DNA of 64,000 bases from positions 3,282,166 to 3,346,165 of the forward strand of contig NC_068987.1 of the NCBI RefSeq assembly GCF_001194135.2, in the 5' to 3' direction. Origin of the DNA: Octopus bimaculoides (taxonomy: Eukaryota). Numbering within the stretch: position 1 is the first letter of the stretch; each line of letters starts with the position of its first letter. The notes under the pieces were generated by a model. The model was not told the DNA's origin. It did no database searches and worked only from the letters and a program-made list of their open reading frames with translations. The position numbers were made by a program, and so were the translations under genes. Shown here in pieces: positions 63,863-64,000 of this stretch.

Positions 63863-64000
63863 ATGAGGAATAAATTTCTGCCTTCATCATCATCATCATC
63901 ATTATCATTTAACATCTGTTTTCCATGCTAGCATGGGTTGAATGGTCAAATAGGATCCCAGCAAGTCACAAGGCTGCATTGAACTCTTATGTCTGCTGTG

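Overview
AT-rich, microsatellite-dense eukaryotic DNA from a draft assembly with 8 N-gaps. The repeat families (tRNA-derived SINEs, RTE LINE tails, TTAA MITEs) suggest a coleoid cephalopod, probably Octopus (inference). Two protein genes are supported, both on the minus strand. (1) The first coding exon of cytosolic acetyl-CoA synthetase ACSS2 (4444-4745); the rest of the gene lies left of the window. (2) A receptor assembled by hand from 16 in-frame exons (33188-58821): 9 symmetric phase-1 exons each encoding one 8-Cys MEGF10/laminin-type EGF repeat, a transmembrane exon, and a Tie/FGFR-like kinase-fold domain. That domain lacks the beta3 Lys, the HRD Asp and the DFG Asp, so it is a predicted receptor pseudokinase. 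One EGF exon carries an RGD motif and is bounded by an AAG acceptor and a GC donor. The signal-peptide exon and final kinase exon were not located. The window also holds several minimal type I hammerhead-ribozyme motifs in Penelope-like inverted-repeat elements, including a tRNA-headed SINE family with a hammerhead. An RFX X-box at 25396 may mark an unrecognised ciliary gene. Decayed RTE, R4/Dong, mariner, maT/Tc1, Chapaev-like and Tigger fragments are present. Family comparisons are from recalled consensus motifs; no database search was run.
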